This document shows, piece after piece, positions 12,770 through 27,236 of a DNA stretch of 64,000 bases (the stretch's first letter is position 1; each line of letters opens with the position of its first letter). The stretch is taken from NCBI GenBank assembly GCA_964016885.1, contig OZ024745.1, positions 39,184,001-39,248,000 of the forward strand, read 5' to 3'. The DNA comes from Eledone cirrhosa. Taxonomy: Eukaryota. Made by a program: the position numbers and the translations under genes. The notes below the pieces were generated by a model, which saw only the letters and a list, made by a program, of their open reading frames with translations, was not told the origin of the DNA and made no database searches.

Positions 12770-15460
12770 TTGCTTCTATCTCCCCTCTGCCCTTCAACTC
12801 TCCTACCTTCTCTTCGCCAAACCCAGCACTCCAGCCACATCCATTTCCTCAGCCACTGCCTCTGCCTCCACCTTATCCCCCTCGGCTTCCGTCTTAACTT
12901 CCACACCTCCCCCGCCGTTTCCCCCTCCACGAAACGTATTATCACCCGATCCTCACGCCTCCTAATGCGCAACTCCATCCGCGCCTCCCGTTCCACCCTC
13001 CGCAAACTTGACCACCAACTGACCCCCACCCTCCTCCGCCTTAACTCCACCTGCCACCCCCTCTTCGCCCAAGCCATCCTCTCCTTCATCCAAAACCTCA
13101 AACATGACCTCTTCTTCTTCCTCACCTCCACCAAAGCCCGCAAGCAACACTCACTCCTCCCAACCACCCCCATCCACCAGCACCCGCCCCTCCCCATGAG
13201 CCCACCACTCTACACCCCTCCCTCGAGCCACACCCCTACCCAATATCCACCCTCCACCTCACCCCTCACCACATCTTCCCCCCACACACACCCACACCCC
13301 ACCACGCGTTGTCACCATACCCCCTGCCCCCCCCCCCCTCTCCGCACCTGAGCGCTCACTCCTTAGTAGAGGCCTTCGCTCATACCCCACACTCCGCACA
13401 GCGACGAGTTCCGCACCCGAACGGAAGTCGAGCGATTCGTGCGACGCACGAAGCTACAGGCACATTTCGGCCGAACGCCACCGGCTCCGGACGCCCCAGA
13501 CCCGTTTCTCGCCCTGGGCCGACGACCATCTTCTTGGACGCCGGCCCCAGGGCAATTTAGCACCCTGGACGCGTTCGTCGATACCAGCCGTAGCGCCGTA
13601 AATCGTTTCGACTTCCGCCACCGTTCCAAACGGAATAATATCTCACGGGGCCAACTCCTCGCCCTCCGCTCCCTCCGTAGCCGAGATGACACCGTCATCA
13701 AACCGGCGGACAAGGGAGGCGCCGTGGTGGTGTGGCGCGCGGAACTCTACACGGCCGAAGCCCTCAGGCAGCTCCGTAACCCCCTCTTCTACTGCCCACT
13801 GCCCTTCGATCACACACCCCTCTACCAACAATAAGTATCCTCCACCATCCAACACCTTGTCTCTCCCCCCTATCACTTCCCACCTCATCGTCCGCGCCCC
13901 CGCACCCCCACCATCTACTTCCTCCCCAAACTCTACAAATCCGACAACCCCGGCCGCCCCATCGTCTCCGCTTTCAACTGCCCCACCGAACTCATCTCCG
14001 CCTTTCTCGACTCCATCCTCGCCCCCCTTGTCACCACCCTCCCCTCCCATATCTCCGACACCAACCACGCTCTGCGCCTTTTCGACTCCTTCACCTACCC
14101 ACCCGGCCCACAGCCCTTCCTATTCACCCTAGACATTAAGTCCCTCTATACCGTTATCCCCCACGCCGACGGCCTACGCGCCCTCAAACACTACCTCGAC
14201 ATTCGCCCCTCCCCCATTCCTCCACCTTCGCCTCGCCGAGCTGGTCCCCACCCTCAATTGTTTCTCCTTCTCGGGTGAATTTTACCAACAGGTCACGGGG
14301 GTAGCCATAGGTACAAGAATGGGCCCAAAATGTGCCAACCTTTTTGTTGGCCATGTTGAGGCCCAAATCTTTGCCCAGTACACCGGCACCACGCCCGAAC
14401 TGTACGGTCGGTACATCGACGACTGTATCGGAGCCACGACCCTCACCCGAGAACAGCTCGACTCCTTTCTCTCCTTCTTCTGCTCCTTGCACCCCTCCCT
14501 CCACCACCCACGTCCACTTCTTAAACATCTCCGTCGCCTTCGACCCCTCCCACCACTCCCTCGTCACCTCTGCCTTCTTCAAACCCACCGACTCCCACTC
14601 TTACCTCGACTTCACCTCTTCCCACCCCACACATACTAAACGCTCTATTCCCTACTCCCAACTCCTCAGGATCCACCGCCTCTGTAGCCGAGATGCCGAC
14701 TTTGAGTCCCAGGCCCTTTCACTAGTCAGCCATTTCATCCGCATAGGTTACCCCCCACCCCCACCCCCTCGTCCACACCGCTTTCACCCGCGCCCGTGCT
14801 GTCCACCGCTCCACCACCCTCACCCCACGCCACCGCACACCCACCACCGTCTCCCCTTCCCCATCACCTACCACCCCTCCACCATACCCCTCCACCGCAC
14901 CATCATCCGCCTCTTCCTCCGCCTCCAGTCCGACCCCTCCACCTCCCACATTTTCCCAGCCCCACCACTCCCCTCCTTCAAAAGCGCACGCAATCTCCGC
15001 ACTCTCCTCGTCCACAATTCCCCCCCCCCACCCCCACCCACCCTGTTCCTTTCCCTGTTCTAGGCCCCGCTGCAACACCTGTACCCACATCACCAACACC
15101 ACCACCTTCCAGAGTCCCAACGGCCACTCTCTCTCTGTCCGGCATGCCTTAGGCTGCACCTCCTCCAACCTAGTCTACGGACTTCGCTGCACGGAGTTCA
15201 GCGCGACTTACGTCGGACAAACTGGACGTCGCCTGGCGGACAGATTTATTGAGCACCTCCGGGATATTCGTCTCGGTGGTAGTTCCCCCATCGCCCGCAA
15301 CTTTGGTGCCCCTGGACATTCCGCACGCCATCTCACAGTCTGTGGCCTACTCCAATGCCACGGAACACCCGCCAATCTCCTAAGAGTTGAACAACGAACC
15401 ATCTTCATCTTACAGACCCACGCTCCCCCCGGCCTGAACTCCCCACCTTTATTCCTTTAG
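12770..15460 (+). pseudogene. PLE reverse transcriptase-GIY-YIG endonuclease polyprotein (frameshifts and stops)
   Basis: VIKPADKGGAVVVW, GRPIVS, DIKSLYTVIPH, QVTGVAIGTRMGPKCANLFVG, YGRYIDDCIG, KPTDSHSYLDFTSSHP..KRSIPYSQLLRIHRLCS, C.TC..I linker, NLVYGLRC...YVGQTGRRLADRFIEH. Confidence 0.9.
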
Positions 15461-16863
15461 CCTTCGACCGCCCCTTTAAACCCACACATATCCCCCACTA
15501 ACAGCACTAACACACCCCTCCTTTTCACCGCCCACCCCACAACTAACAATACTAACACCTACACGCCACCCCACATCCGACCACCCTTCCCCAACTAATA
15601 TACTAACATCCCTCCCTTCTTCTCCTCCCCCCCTCCTTATCACACGCACACACCCACCGGCACATATATACACGCGCACACACTAAACACACACCCTACT
15701 ACCACCACTAACCCTCACCCCCACACATCCACCCAACCACCCCGCAACTAACATCACTAACACCCCCTGACCCCAAACACACGAACACACACACCCTCTT
15801 ACACCACCTACTCTACACAACCTACCACCACTGACCCCCACTTACACCCGCATTCCACCCTTTCTCCACCTCATGTATACTAACACCCACTAACACCCCC
15901 TTCACCAAACACACACACCAGTACACCACACTCCCTCCATCGACCCCCACACCCTTTTCTCCCCGCTCCACCCACACCCTTCCTCAAACACTCACTCATC
16001 CCACTAACACCTCTACTAATACACCCCAACTCCTCACTCTAACTTTCACACCTACCCATCCTCTCCCCCTTACCATTCTACCCTACTGCTGATATGCCCT
16101 CTGACCACCTCCCCGCACACACAGACACACAACACACCTTCACTCACCATTTTACCCTACTGCTGCTATGCCCTCTGACCACAGACATACCACACTCCTC
16201 CTGCCTTGACCACTTCCTGTTGCGCGCGCACTCACATCTCCCCTCTTCCGACCAATCTCTTCACGGATTACACGTATGTAAACCTTGATCCCGGGATCAA
16301 CCACATCCAAGGATTTTACCAAGCATCCCTCCACATCTTCTTACGGAATCACCTTTATGACTCACCCACACACACACCCAAAAATACTTTTTATTTCCCA
16401 CACGCCACCTACACCCACAACACGCTTAAACACCACACACACACGTGCGCACCGCCACATATTTACACATTCAGCCTCCGGATTCCTCTCCCCCACCCCT
16501 CTATCCACACACGCACACACACTCCGACCTACACCCCACCCCACACACACCTCTTCCTGAACATGCAAACCCGTTCTTCCCCCAACCCTTGCTTTCACAT
16601 ACACACACACACACGTACACCTACACACATACACCACCTTCAGTCCTCCCCGCTCGGACATCCCGTCTCCCTCTCCCCACTCCACCTTCCACCACCCCTA
16701 CACGCCCCACATCCTTCCACCACCTGTTTTACCCCATTTTAATTTTATTTTGATCATGCCTTTATTTTTAATTTCATTTGCACCGTTTCCTCTCACCCCC
16801 TTTTTGCTATATGTCTCTCCACTACTCCCCTACACACCCTTTGAACTCTCTTCCCACACACTG

Positions 16864-16900
16864 TTCACCTGAAGAAGGGCTTATGCCCGAAACGTCGTTC
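16864..16900 (+). ncRNA. Minimal hammerhead ribozyme in PLE 3' repeat
   Basis: CTGAAGA-a-gggc-ttat-gccc-GAAAC-GTC: intact core, 4-bp stem II, palindromic acgt stem III and GUC cleavage triplet. Stem I is weak. Confidence 0.75.
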
Positions 16901-17518
16901 CCCACCACCACCCCACTCTCAAGAGCGTGAAAATAATAAACATTTGTTGTACTGCCTCTTTGTTTTGTTCCCGTTGAATTTTTCATTATATATATATATA
17001 TATATATATTATGCCAGGTCGCTCTAAAGTGCTACTTGTATCATGTAACCCAGTACACATGGTCACGTCGACTAAACCGGCAACCCAGCCAAGCTAGTTT
17101 GGTGAGGAGGGTGATATTAAGACACCCTGCAGCATGAAATACAAGACCCGGCGAAGGGCAGATGAACTCAGCAGAATCAATGGCCATCCAACTTGTAGTT
17201 TTATTTTTCACTTGGGAGTGAAAGGCCCCCTTTTGTTTTCACGACACCTTTCAAAGAGAGGGAAACCCTGTAAAAACCTGTGGCTTTAGAAGATCCGACG
17301 ATATTGACTAGTTCTCCTTTTCTGGTAGTCTTTTCGATGCTCAGAGAGTGGGATTGGTCGGGTGCAAGGCCTTTCCCACTTAAAAAAAAAACATTCAAAG
17401 CACAGGCATTGCTTGTTCATGATATGTTATAATTTCGTGTGGCTGGCCGTAGCCTAAACGTGCGCCATACTCTATAATCTGACAAGCAATTGCAATACTC
17501 TTAGCAGAGTTTGCAGCC

Positions 17519-17602
<84 letters not shown>
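17519..17602. repeat. (CA)n microsatellite
   Basis: About 40 CA units. Confidence 0.95.
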
Positions 17603-17603
<1 letters not shown>

Positions 17604-18807
17604 CGATATATATATATATATAATGAATTTGTGAATATATAATATATAAATCCTTACCAAATAGTTGCTGTTGGGGACAAAGTAATAATCAAAGGACGGT
17701 TTAAGATGTTAGTATTGCCTAAAGCTTCGTCATCGCAAGTTTAATAACTTCGTAGTTTCCCTTTATACAAGCATACCTACAATTATATCCTAAAGTTGTT
17801 TCGTATTATCTACTTAAATTTGAGGTGTCAGCCTAAATATTAAATATTAATCCTTCTTAAATACTATGACTATGGGTGAACATTTCAATTGAACGTTTGT
17901 TGGAATTATATTTCCGATGTTATTGTGCTATAAAAATCTGAGATTTCAATAATTGTTTTATTGAATGTACGTTTGAAGCAAATGGAATTTTTTTCTTTGC
18001 CATTGGTGCTGGTCTTTGAATAATTATGAATAACTTAGTCTGGTGGTATTTCATTCCACGCAAATATATGTGTCCTAACGCTACGTGTATATTAGCTGTT
18101 GGTTTGCTCTAATAATTTCCAAGTTCGATTCCTAAATTCTCAGATGTTCATCTTTTACGAAGAACATATGAATATCAATTACGTGCATTCTTGAAAACTG
18201 TAAAATCCAAAAGCTTTAGGAAGAACAATATGAAAAAAAATACATGTAAACCTATTGCCACGGAGACCCAATGAATATATAAACATTTTAGTACAGTGGG
18301 AGTATTAATGTTCTATTTGTTATATAATATTACTGATGCATGATGTAATTAGAAAAATAAATTTATAGATGGCCAGGTAACATTTTTTCAAGTTAAAAAA
18401 AAAATGACCTTTGGTTCCACTATAGACGCGAATGTGTGAGGATGAGTATTTCATTCACAGACGTTCAGAGAATAAGATTGCGATAGATGTATGTATGATA
18501 TGTTGTCAAGTAGTTGATACAAGTAAAGGTGAATTGTAGATGAGTTTATACTGCATATATGCGGGCGATTGTGTGTGTCATTGCGTGTGTATGTATGCGT
18601 GTGATTGTGTGTTTGTTTGTTTCGTAGTGCCTTAAACGAATTAGAGGTTTTGGACACCAGATTCATTTCAGCTCTCTTTGAACAGGCCTATTTTAAAAAT
18701 GAATTAGGCAATGGCGTTGTTCGCGGTGTTTAGATGAGATATTTCCAACTTAATCCGATGTGTCTTTCTTACCCTCCTCCTCCTCCTCGGCTATTTCTCG
18801 TATATGA

Positions 18808-18934
18808 TTTGCCATTCTGAGGTCAAATCCCGCCGAGGTTAACTTTGCCTCTCATCATTACGGGGTCGATAAAATAAAGTACGAGTAATGTACTGGGTAA
18901 TTGCTGGCCTTGTGCCAATAGTAGAAACAATTAT
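18808..18934 (+). mobile_element. tRNA-derived SINE, 5'-truncated
   Basis: B-box-like gaggtcaaatcccgccgagg followed by the family core and tail. Confidence 0.8.
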
Positions 18935-20221
18935 TTGAGAAAGAATGATTCTTTATTTGCTCGCTCCATGTATTTTGCTTTGTACATTTATTGCTTAAAT
19001 AAGTGCGAAGGAAATTATGATTCACTAAACTCTCTTCCCCTCCCTTCTCACACACATACATAGACCGCGCCACAGACTGATACACGTATCTGCTTTGTTT
19101 TGTTTCATTTGCGGTTACACGTAATTATGTGTACACTAAAATGCTTCAAAGATTCACAAGGGTAAACTTATGAATGACTTTCCGAAATCGTTCTCACGCG
19201 TTCTGTTTTCCCTACATATTCTTGCATGAAAGTCCCAAATCAAGATCTGTAAGAATGTAAATCATGTATATGGTCTTAGTATGAGTTCCTATCTCCTACA
19301 TATCAGCCAGTAATAACTTAATATAAAGTCAAATGATTCTCATTTAACATTTATCTATCTCTCTACCACAATCTAATATATTATGAATACTACGCTGTTC
19401 ACGTATTCATTTATTTTCTATTTTCAAACATTTCCTTCTGTAGACATGAAAATCCACCTGAGTATTCTGATAAAGATATTCAGAACCTGATAACATCAGC
19501 AGGAATTCATTCAACACACAGCAACACTAATAGTTTAACAGAGTAAAATCAACAATATTAAGCCAAAAAGAAATACACAACTTACATATTCAGTTATTCA
19601 ATATGAGGAAATATCTAAAAATATGAAAAGTTCATTGGTTTACATTAGATAACCTGGTAGTGAGATTCTAGTCACGGATTGGAAAAGTCCCACAGATCTT
19701 TCGAAATAGCCAATTTACTGAGTAGCCAACCATTGAATTCTCTGAGATTAATGCAGCAACATTAGAAGTAGACTAGACAAAGAAAATAGATAACCACTCT
19801 AAGAGAATTTGTAAATGTGCGCAATACTTTACTATAGATATGGTCAACGCTCCATTGAACTGCATGCGCCAGACTAAGTAAATGGCAGAACTATTTAAAA
19901 CCTCTGACATTTCTCAAGTTATTCTCTCATACATTTCTCCATGGGTTATTTCATTGTTCTATACCATTTCGTTAACTAAAATTTATTATCATTTTGTTTA
20001 TTAGTCAAATTCGGTACACTACAATGAACAAATGTCTCCAAGATTAAGCAGATCTATCGCATGCCTAAATTTTCTATCCCTCTGACTTTCACTTAATTCC
20101 TTAAAGCAGATACCCATATATGTATATATATTATTTATGTATCGTTCTCTCACTGGCATTGTCTATCTCTCTCTGTCTCTCTCCCCCTCTATGTGTCTAT
20201 CTATCATTCTCATATATATAT

Positions 20222-20333
20222 ATAATACAATATGTTGAAAAGGTAACACACTAGAGAGAGAGATAGTGCGCCATCAATCAAACAGCAGTATCTCTCTCTC
20301 AAGTGTTTTACCTTTTCAACATATTGTATTATA
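20222..20333. repeat. Imperfect inverted repeat (about 45-bp arms)
   Basis: ataatacaatatgttgaaaaggtaacacactagagagagagata ... tatctctctctcaagtgttttaccttttcaacatattgtattat. Confidence 0.85.
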
Positions 20334-20408
20334 AAGAGCTCGGGATCAATCTCCTTTGAGCACATTACTAACAGGGAATAGCGAACGCCTATGGCGCGGT
20401 TAATTAAT

Positions 20409-20448
<40 letters not shown>

Positions 20449-20685
20449 GAATAATCGAGTATCGAAAAATCGGCGCACGAGTTCACGATAAACAAAATTC
20501 GATATGAGCGGCAGAATGCTCCATAATTTAGATAAATCAGAGCTATAACTATCGTTAAAATACCGTCACACATAGAACAAGTCTATAATCAACCGTACGA
20601 TCGAAAATTTGCGATCCGGAAGATTCGGGACACTCAGATAAAAAATCAATATATCAATAAATTAAATGAATGTAAAATATATATA

Positions 20686-20872
20686 ACTGTTTCTACTTTA
20701 GGCACAAGGCCAGCAATTATTCAGTGCATTACTGGTACTTTATTTTATCGACCCCGTAAGGATGAAAGGCAAAGTCAACCTCGGCGGGATTTGAACTCAG
20801 ATCGTAAAGGGACGTAACTATGCTGGAAAGCATGACGTCCGACCCTCTACCGATACTGCCAATCCAACGGCG
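20686..20872 (-). mobile_element. tRNA-derived SINE, full-length
   Basis: The minus strand has A box TGGCAGTATCGG, B box GAGTTCAAATC, and the family core and tail. Confidence 0.85.
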
Positions 20873-20926
20873 ATGAATTAGTTTTGCGAGGTTTTTTATA
20901 TGAAATCGTGTCTCGAAACAAATATC

Positions 20927-21628
20927 GTTATACTTGGGGAGGGTCATATTTGTGTAATATTGCTAGAATTAATAACAGAACACACTCACTGTTTGGTTGG
21001 TTTTCGCTTTTCGCTTCTGTGTCTTTTATATCGGTAATCTAATATACTTGGTCCTCAATGTTGCCATTGACTTACCAACGGTCAAAAAATATACAGATAC
21101 GATATAGACAAAAAACACATATATATAGTTTATCAAAGTTCTTTCGTTGCACATCTGCAACACGTCAGTGGTGCTATTGTTTCCTCCCGTTACATTGTAT
21201 GTCGACGCCATATTTATTTAGTCAGTTTATATATTTATTTATTTATTTGTTTGTTTGTTTATTTTATTTTGTCTTCTTTGCGCATGCGTTTGCGTGTGTG
21301 TATAGTGTTTTGTTTGATGTGTGTTCGTGATTGGGTGACTGTGTATTGGTTAATGTATTATATCTTTACTAGTGTGTGTTTATATGTGTTTGTTGTTATT
21401 GTGCTTGTGTATGTATTTATTTATTTATTTCTATGTTTAGATATTATTCTAATGTTTATGTTGTCTATGTTACCGTGGTGTTGTTGTCTGGCATGCTCGT
21501 ATAGTACTGACCCGTTTTTTCGTCCTTTTAGTTCCCCCCAGTGTTAAATTAGATTACCGATATAAAAGACACAGAAGCGAAAGGCGAAAACCAACCAAAC
21601 AGTGAGTGCGTTCTGTTATTAATTCTGG

Positions 21629-21633
<5 letters not shown>
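20927..21633 (-). mobile_element. Rearranged 3' fragment of the PLE family at 22049-24430, with an inverted terminal duplication
   Basis: 20927-21545 aligns with 22049-22799 with an internal deletion. 21546-21633 is the reverse complement of about 20955-21043. Confidence 0.85.
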
Positions 21634-21678
<45 letters not shown>

Positions 21679-21681
<3 letters not shown>

Positions 21682-21863
21682 AACAAAATATGGTTAAAAG
21701 AGTTCCATGTATTTTATTATGCGCATTTCAAAAACAAATATCATCATGCAATAATATTTGTGTTTTTATGTGATGAAAACACAAATATTATTGCATGATG
21801 ATATTTGTTTTTGAAATGCGCATAATAAAATACATAACACTCTTTTAACCATCTTTTGTTCTT
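21679..21863. repeat. Palindrome (about 88-bp arms, about 9-nt spacer) adjoining a (TA)n tract
   Basis: aagaacaaaatatggttaaaagag...aatatttgtgtttt / aaaacacaaatatt...ctcttttaaccatcttttgttctt. Confidence 0.95.
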
Positions 21864-21958
21864 ATATATTATGTATACTCCAGTCCTACAAATTGTAGAG
21901 TGCTTCTTATCCGATATCTGCATTGATTTATTGTACTACAATAAAACTCACCTCCTAC

Positions 21959-22048
<90 letters not shown>

Positions 22049-22049
<1 letters not shown>

Positions 22050-24430
22050 TTATACTTGGGGAGGGTCATATTTGTGTAATATTGCCAGAATTAATAACAG
22101 AACACACTCACTGTTTGGTTGGTTTTCGCTTTTCGCTTCTGTCTTCTATATCGGTTAATTTAATTTATTCGGTCCTCAATGTTGCCATTGACTGACCAAC
22201 GGTCAAAAATACAGATACAATATAGACACAAACACATATATATATATAGTTTATCAAAGTTCCTTCGTTGCACATCTGCAACACGTCAGTAGTGCTATTG
22301 TTTCCTCCCGTTGCATTGTATTTTCTAGCCATCTTTATTTAGTATGTTTATATATGTATTTATTTGTTTTGTTTTTTGTGTCTTCTTTGCGCATGCGTTT
22401 GCGTGTGTGTATAGTGTTTTGTTTGATGTGTGTTCGTGATTGGGTGACTGTATATTGGTTAATGTATTCTAACTTTACTAGTGTGTGTTTATATGTGCTT
22501 GTTGTTATTGTGCTTGTGTATGTATTTATTAATTTATCTATCTATTTATTTATTTATTTATACTTCTCTTACGTAAGTGTTGTTTAGTTGGGTGTTGTTA
22601 TTCCATTGATTTTTTTCTGTTTAGGCCTGGCCTTCTAAGTTCTATTTCACTGGCCTCTCTGATTTGCCTATCTGCTGGATCATTTCTATGTTTAGATATT
22701 ATTCTAATTTCTACGTTGTCTATGTTACCGCCGTGTTATTGTCTGGCATGTTCGAATAGTACTGAAACGTTTTTCGTCCTTTTAGTTCCCCCCAGTGTTG
22801 GTCTACCCTTTCACCTATGCTACGAGCTGTCTCGCCTATGTTTGTTGTTGTCATGTTTCTGCAAGTACCCTCTGTAAATCTTATGATATAGACTACGTTT
22901 CTAGTTTTACAGTTTATCCGGGGGTTTACCTTACATATGATACATTTCTTAAAAGGGTAGGTTTTGCTGATCAGGGATTGTTTGGTGGTTCCTGGCTTTT
23001 CTACCCCCTTAATCTTTAAGTGGGTCTTTCTCAGAGCCTTTCTACACTGGTTAGCTAATTTCCCTCCAGGGGTAGCGTCCACAAACATGACACTCTGGTA
23101 TCTCTGGTTGTCGTACCATGAAGTGACTTTCCCTATCTTCTGTCTAGCCCTATCTAAGCTATTCCATGATTTGCTCCTGTATAATGGGCAAATTCCTTTC
23201 ATGTCCAGTTCTATGAGGGTTTTATACTTCTCCGTGGCTCCTTCGTATACTATGATTATGTCTCTTTGGTTGTAGCCAGATAACTGCATGCGGTTGATGA
23301 AGTGTTGGATGTGTCTTTCCATTTCTGTTGGGTCGCATATGCGGGGCACGTTCTTCATCACTCGTACCAAGTCTGCGATCAGAATATTAAACTTAGCACT
23401 ACTGGACATTGCTGAGATTTTGAGTATCAGGTATTTAGAGGCCATGGATTAGCATAGTGTGAGTGGAGAGTTTGGGCTCTCTCGTCTATAGTGTTAATCC
23501 AGCGTTCCGTGTCTAATAGAGGTAGTCTATTGCTAGGGTGTTTGGAAGGGTAGTCGATAGTAACAGTTATAATCTGGTGTATGGAATTAGCTATCTGCTG
23601 GATGCTTTCCATTGTGCTACGTTCTAAATCAAAATTGTTAGTGCTCTCTTGTGGGGATGTTCTTATAACTATATTGATATCGTCTACGTAACGAGAGCAC
23701 ATGATGAGGTATATGGAGCTCTCATCAAGGAGATATTTAAGTCTCCTTTCCCGACATACCATAACAAGTTTGGCAACTTCACCAGCTATGCTGACGCCAA
23801 TGGCTGCTCCCTCAATTTGGGTGTAGATCTTCTCGTTGAACTTGAATATGTGGCCCTTTAGGGTAGTTTTGATACTAGCCCCTATTGCATATGCGACCAT
23901 TTTTCTTAGCTGATCATAGTTTTGGAGGGTCCGTATAGCTTTGGTCCACCCAATCCACCTTCCCATGGGAGTCTTTTTAGCCATTGAGGTTATGGTGGGG
24001 GGTCTACCTCTTATTGGTCTACTGGGGCAGAAACGTCTAAGGTCATGGCTGTCTAGGTAGGCAGTGCCGTAGGTAAGTCTAAGTAGGAGGCCCAGTTCGT
24101 CTGTGTCGACGTCCCAGAACTCCACCTCACTCTCAATGATTATCTCCAGACATTTTTCCACAGCAAAATCAATGTTAATGGATGGGTACAGTGATACCAT
24201 ATCCATGCTGCCTGTTATGCAGTTGGATAGGTTTCTGTTTTTGTTGCACTCACTGATTCTGCTGAGGAGGTCCTCTGTACTGTCACATACATCTGGGGAC
24301 ATATTGATTATGGGGCGTATAACCATTGAGAGGAAGTAGGAGATCCTGTAGTTGCTAGCTATATTTGCTCCGCATACGGTTCTTGTTGGTGGTCCTATTG
24401 ACGGGTCGTCAACTGTCTTGTGGTCTTTGT
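22049..24430 (-). mobile_element. 5'-truncated Penelope-like retroelement (second family)
   Basis: RT plus GIY-YIG coding region on the minus strand with about 550 bp of 3' region; both ends abut (TA)n. Confidence 0.88.
22600..24430 (-). pseudogene. PLE RT-GIY-YIG ORF (frameshift near 23440, 5'-truncated)
   Basis: KDHK..PTRTVCG, GSMDMVSLYPSI, YTQIEGAAIGVSIAG, RYVDDI, LPLLD, VMFVDATPGGKLA, CIIC...CKTRNVVYII...NIGETARSIGERVDQH. Confidence 0.88.
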
Positions 24431-25292
<862 letters not shown>

Positions 25293-25769
25293 GAAATGTA
25301 GATAGACACAGCGAGGGGAGAGCGAGACATTCAATGTCAGAGGGAGAACGATACATAAATAATATATATACATATATGGGTAACTGCTTTAAGGATTAAG
25401 TGAGTATCAGAGGGATAGGAAAATAAAAATATATATATGAGATAGATAGATAGACACAGATAGGGGAGAGAGGTATATATATATATATATATTTATATAT
25501 GTATGTATGTATATTATATATATATGTGTGCTTGTAAATATGTGTGTGTTTAGAATACGGCGGTGATTTGGAAATTCAATTATATTTCGCCCGGTAATAA
25601 TCTAATAACAGGGCATATAAACTGCAATATCGGAAATAATGAATACCATCCCCTGTCGATGATCTGGGGGCATATACACCTGTTATTACAATATTACATG
25701 TATTGAACCTAAGGAAAATTCTTCTAACTCAATTTTCAAGTATCTGTATTTATAATTATATATATATAT

Positions 25770-27236
25770 GATAATAAGGGCGCTGCGAAATTGCAAATGG
25801 GTTACATATGAAAAAAGTTTGTCCTTCATCAGTGATCTTCCAACTATCATAGGCATTTCATCGCTTTAAAGACCATATACCTCCGGTTGGTGCGAGCAAC
25901 GGCTAAAAAAAGTCGTTGGGACACGTAAATAAAGGGGACGCGAGGGTAAACAAACAAAATGGTGAGGCAACAGAAAGTGAAGAACTTTTTACATATGTAA
26001 CCCATTTGCAACTCCGCAGCGCCCTTATTATCATATTTACACATATGTTTTCCTCTGTTGCTACACCGTCTTTTTCGTTCTATGTATCTTTACCCTTTCT
26101 AGCAGTCTCTCTCTGTTAGCCTCTTCCTCACCTCACCCTTCACTCACTCATTCTCTGTCACTAACTCTCCTCCTCCTCCTCTTTCTTCCCGTTTGACCTG
26201 TGAGTAACTCTTTTCTCTCACATTCTTCGGCCAAGCTGGTTGGAATTTTTTCTCTCTCGTCTACGATTTCACAAAACTTATCTTTACCGAATTCGCAGAC
26301 CAGACCCCTTCTTCCTCCCGTTAGACCTGTGCAAAATTCCTTCCTTGCTCACATTTCAACCAGGTTTGATTGTCTTTATTCTCTCGTTCACGATTTCACC
26401 GAACTTAAATTCATAAAAATCTGGGACTTGTCTCCATTCTTCCTCACTTTCTGTTGCCTCACCATTTTGTTTGTTTACCCTCGTGTCCCCTTCATTTACG
26501 TGTCCCAACGACTTTTTTTAGCCGTTGCTCGCACCAACCAGAGGTATATGGTCTTTAAAGCGATGAAATGCCTATAATAGTTGGAAGATCACTGATGAAG
26601 GACAAACTTTTTTCATATGTAACCCATTTGCAACTCCGCAGCGCCCTTATTATCATATTTACACATATTTTTCCTCTGCTGCAACACCGTCTTTTTCGTT
26701 CTATGTATCTTTACCCTTTCTAGCAGTCCCTCTCTCTGTTAGCCTCTTCCTCACCTCACCCTTCACTCACTCATTCTCTGTCACTACCTCTCCTCCTCCT
26801 CCTCTTTCTTCCCGTTTGACCTGTGAGTAACAGTTTTCTCTCACATTCTCGGCCAAGCTGGTCGGAATTTTTTCTCTCTCGTCTACGATTTCACAGAACT
26901 TATGTTTACCGAATTCGCAGACCAGATCCCTTCTTCCTCCCGTTAGACCTGTGCGAAATTCCTTCCTTGCTCACATTTCAACCAGGTTTTATGGTCTTTA
27001 TTCTCTCGTTCACGATTTCACCGAACTTAAATTCATAGAAATCTGGGACTTGTCTCCATTCTTCCTCACTTTCTGTTGCCTCACAATTTTGTTTGTTTAC
27101 CCTCGCGTCCCCTTTATTTACGTGTCCCAACGACTTTTTTTAGCTGTTGCTCGCACCAACCGGAGGTATATGGTCTTTAAAGCGATGAAATGCCTATGAT
27201 AGTTGGAAGATCACTGATGAAGGACAAACTTTTTTC

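Larger units (their letters stand above)
12766..16988 (+). mobile_element. Near full-length Penelope-like retroelement (C-rich family), decayed
   Basis: One frameshifted ORF with N-terminal HIHFLSHC..LIPLGF, RT and GIY-YIG, then a 1.5-kb C/A-rich 3' region with a hammerhead and AATAAA, ending in (TA)n. Confidence 0.9.

Noticed and set aside
17012-17200. Possible HDV-like ribozyme or RTE 5' UTR (ccggcgaagggc)
   Set aside because: I could not assemble the nested double pseudoknot by eye; it is probably a repeat fragment but remains unclassified.
26200-27199. 125-aa and 82-aa ORFs in the 623-bp repeat
   Set aside because: No recognisable domain, non-ATG starts, and the frame is broken between the two copies.
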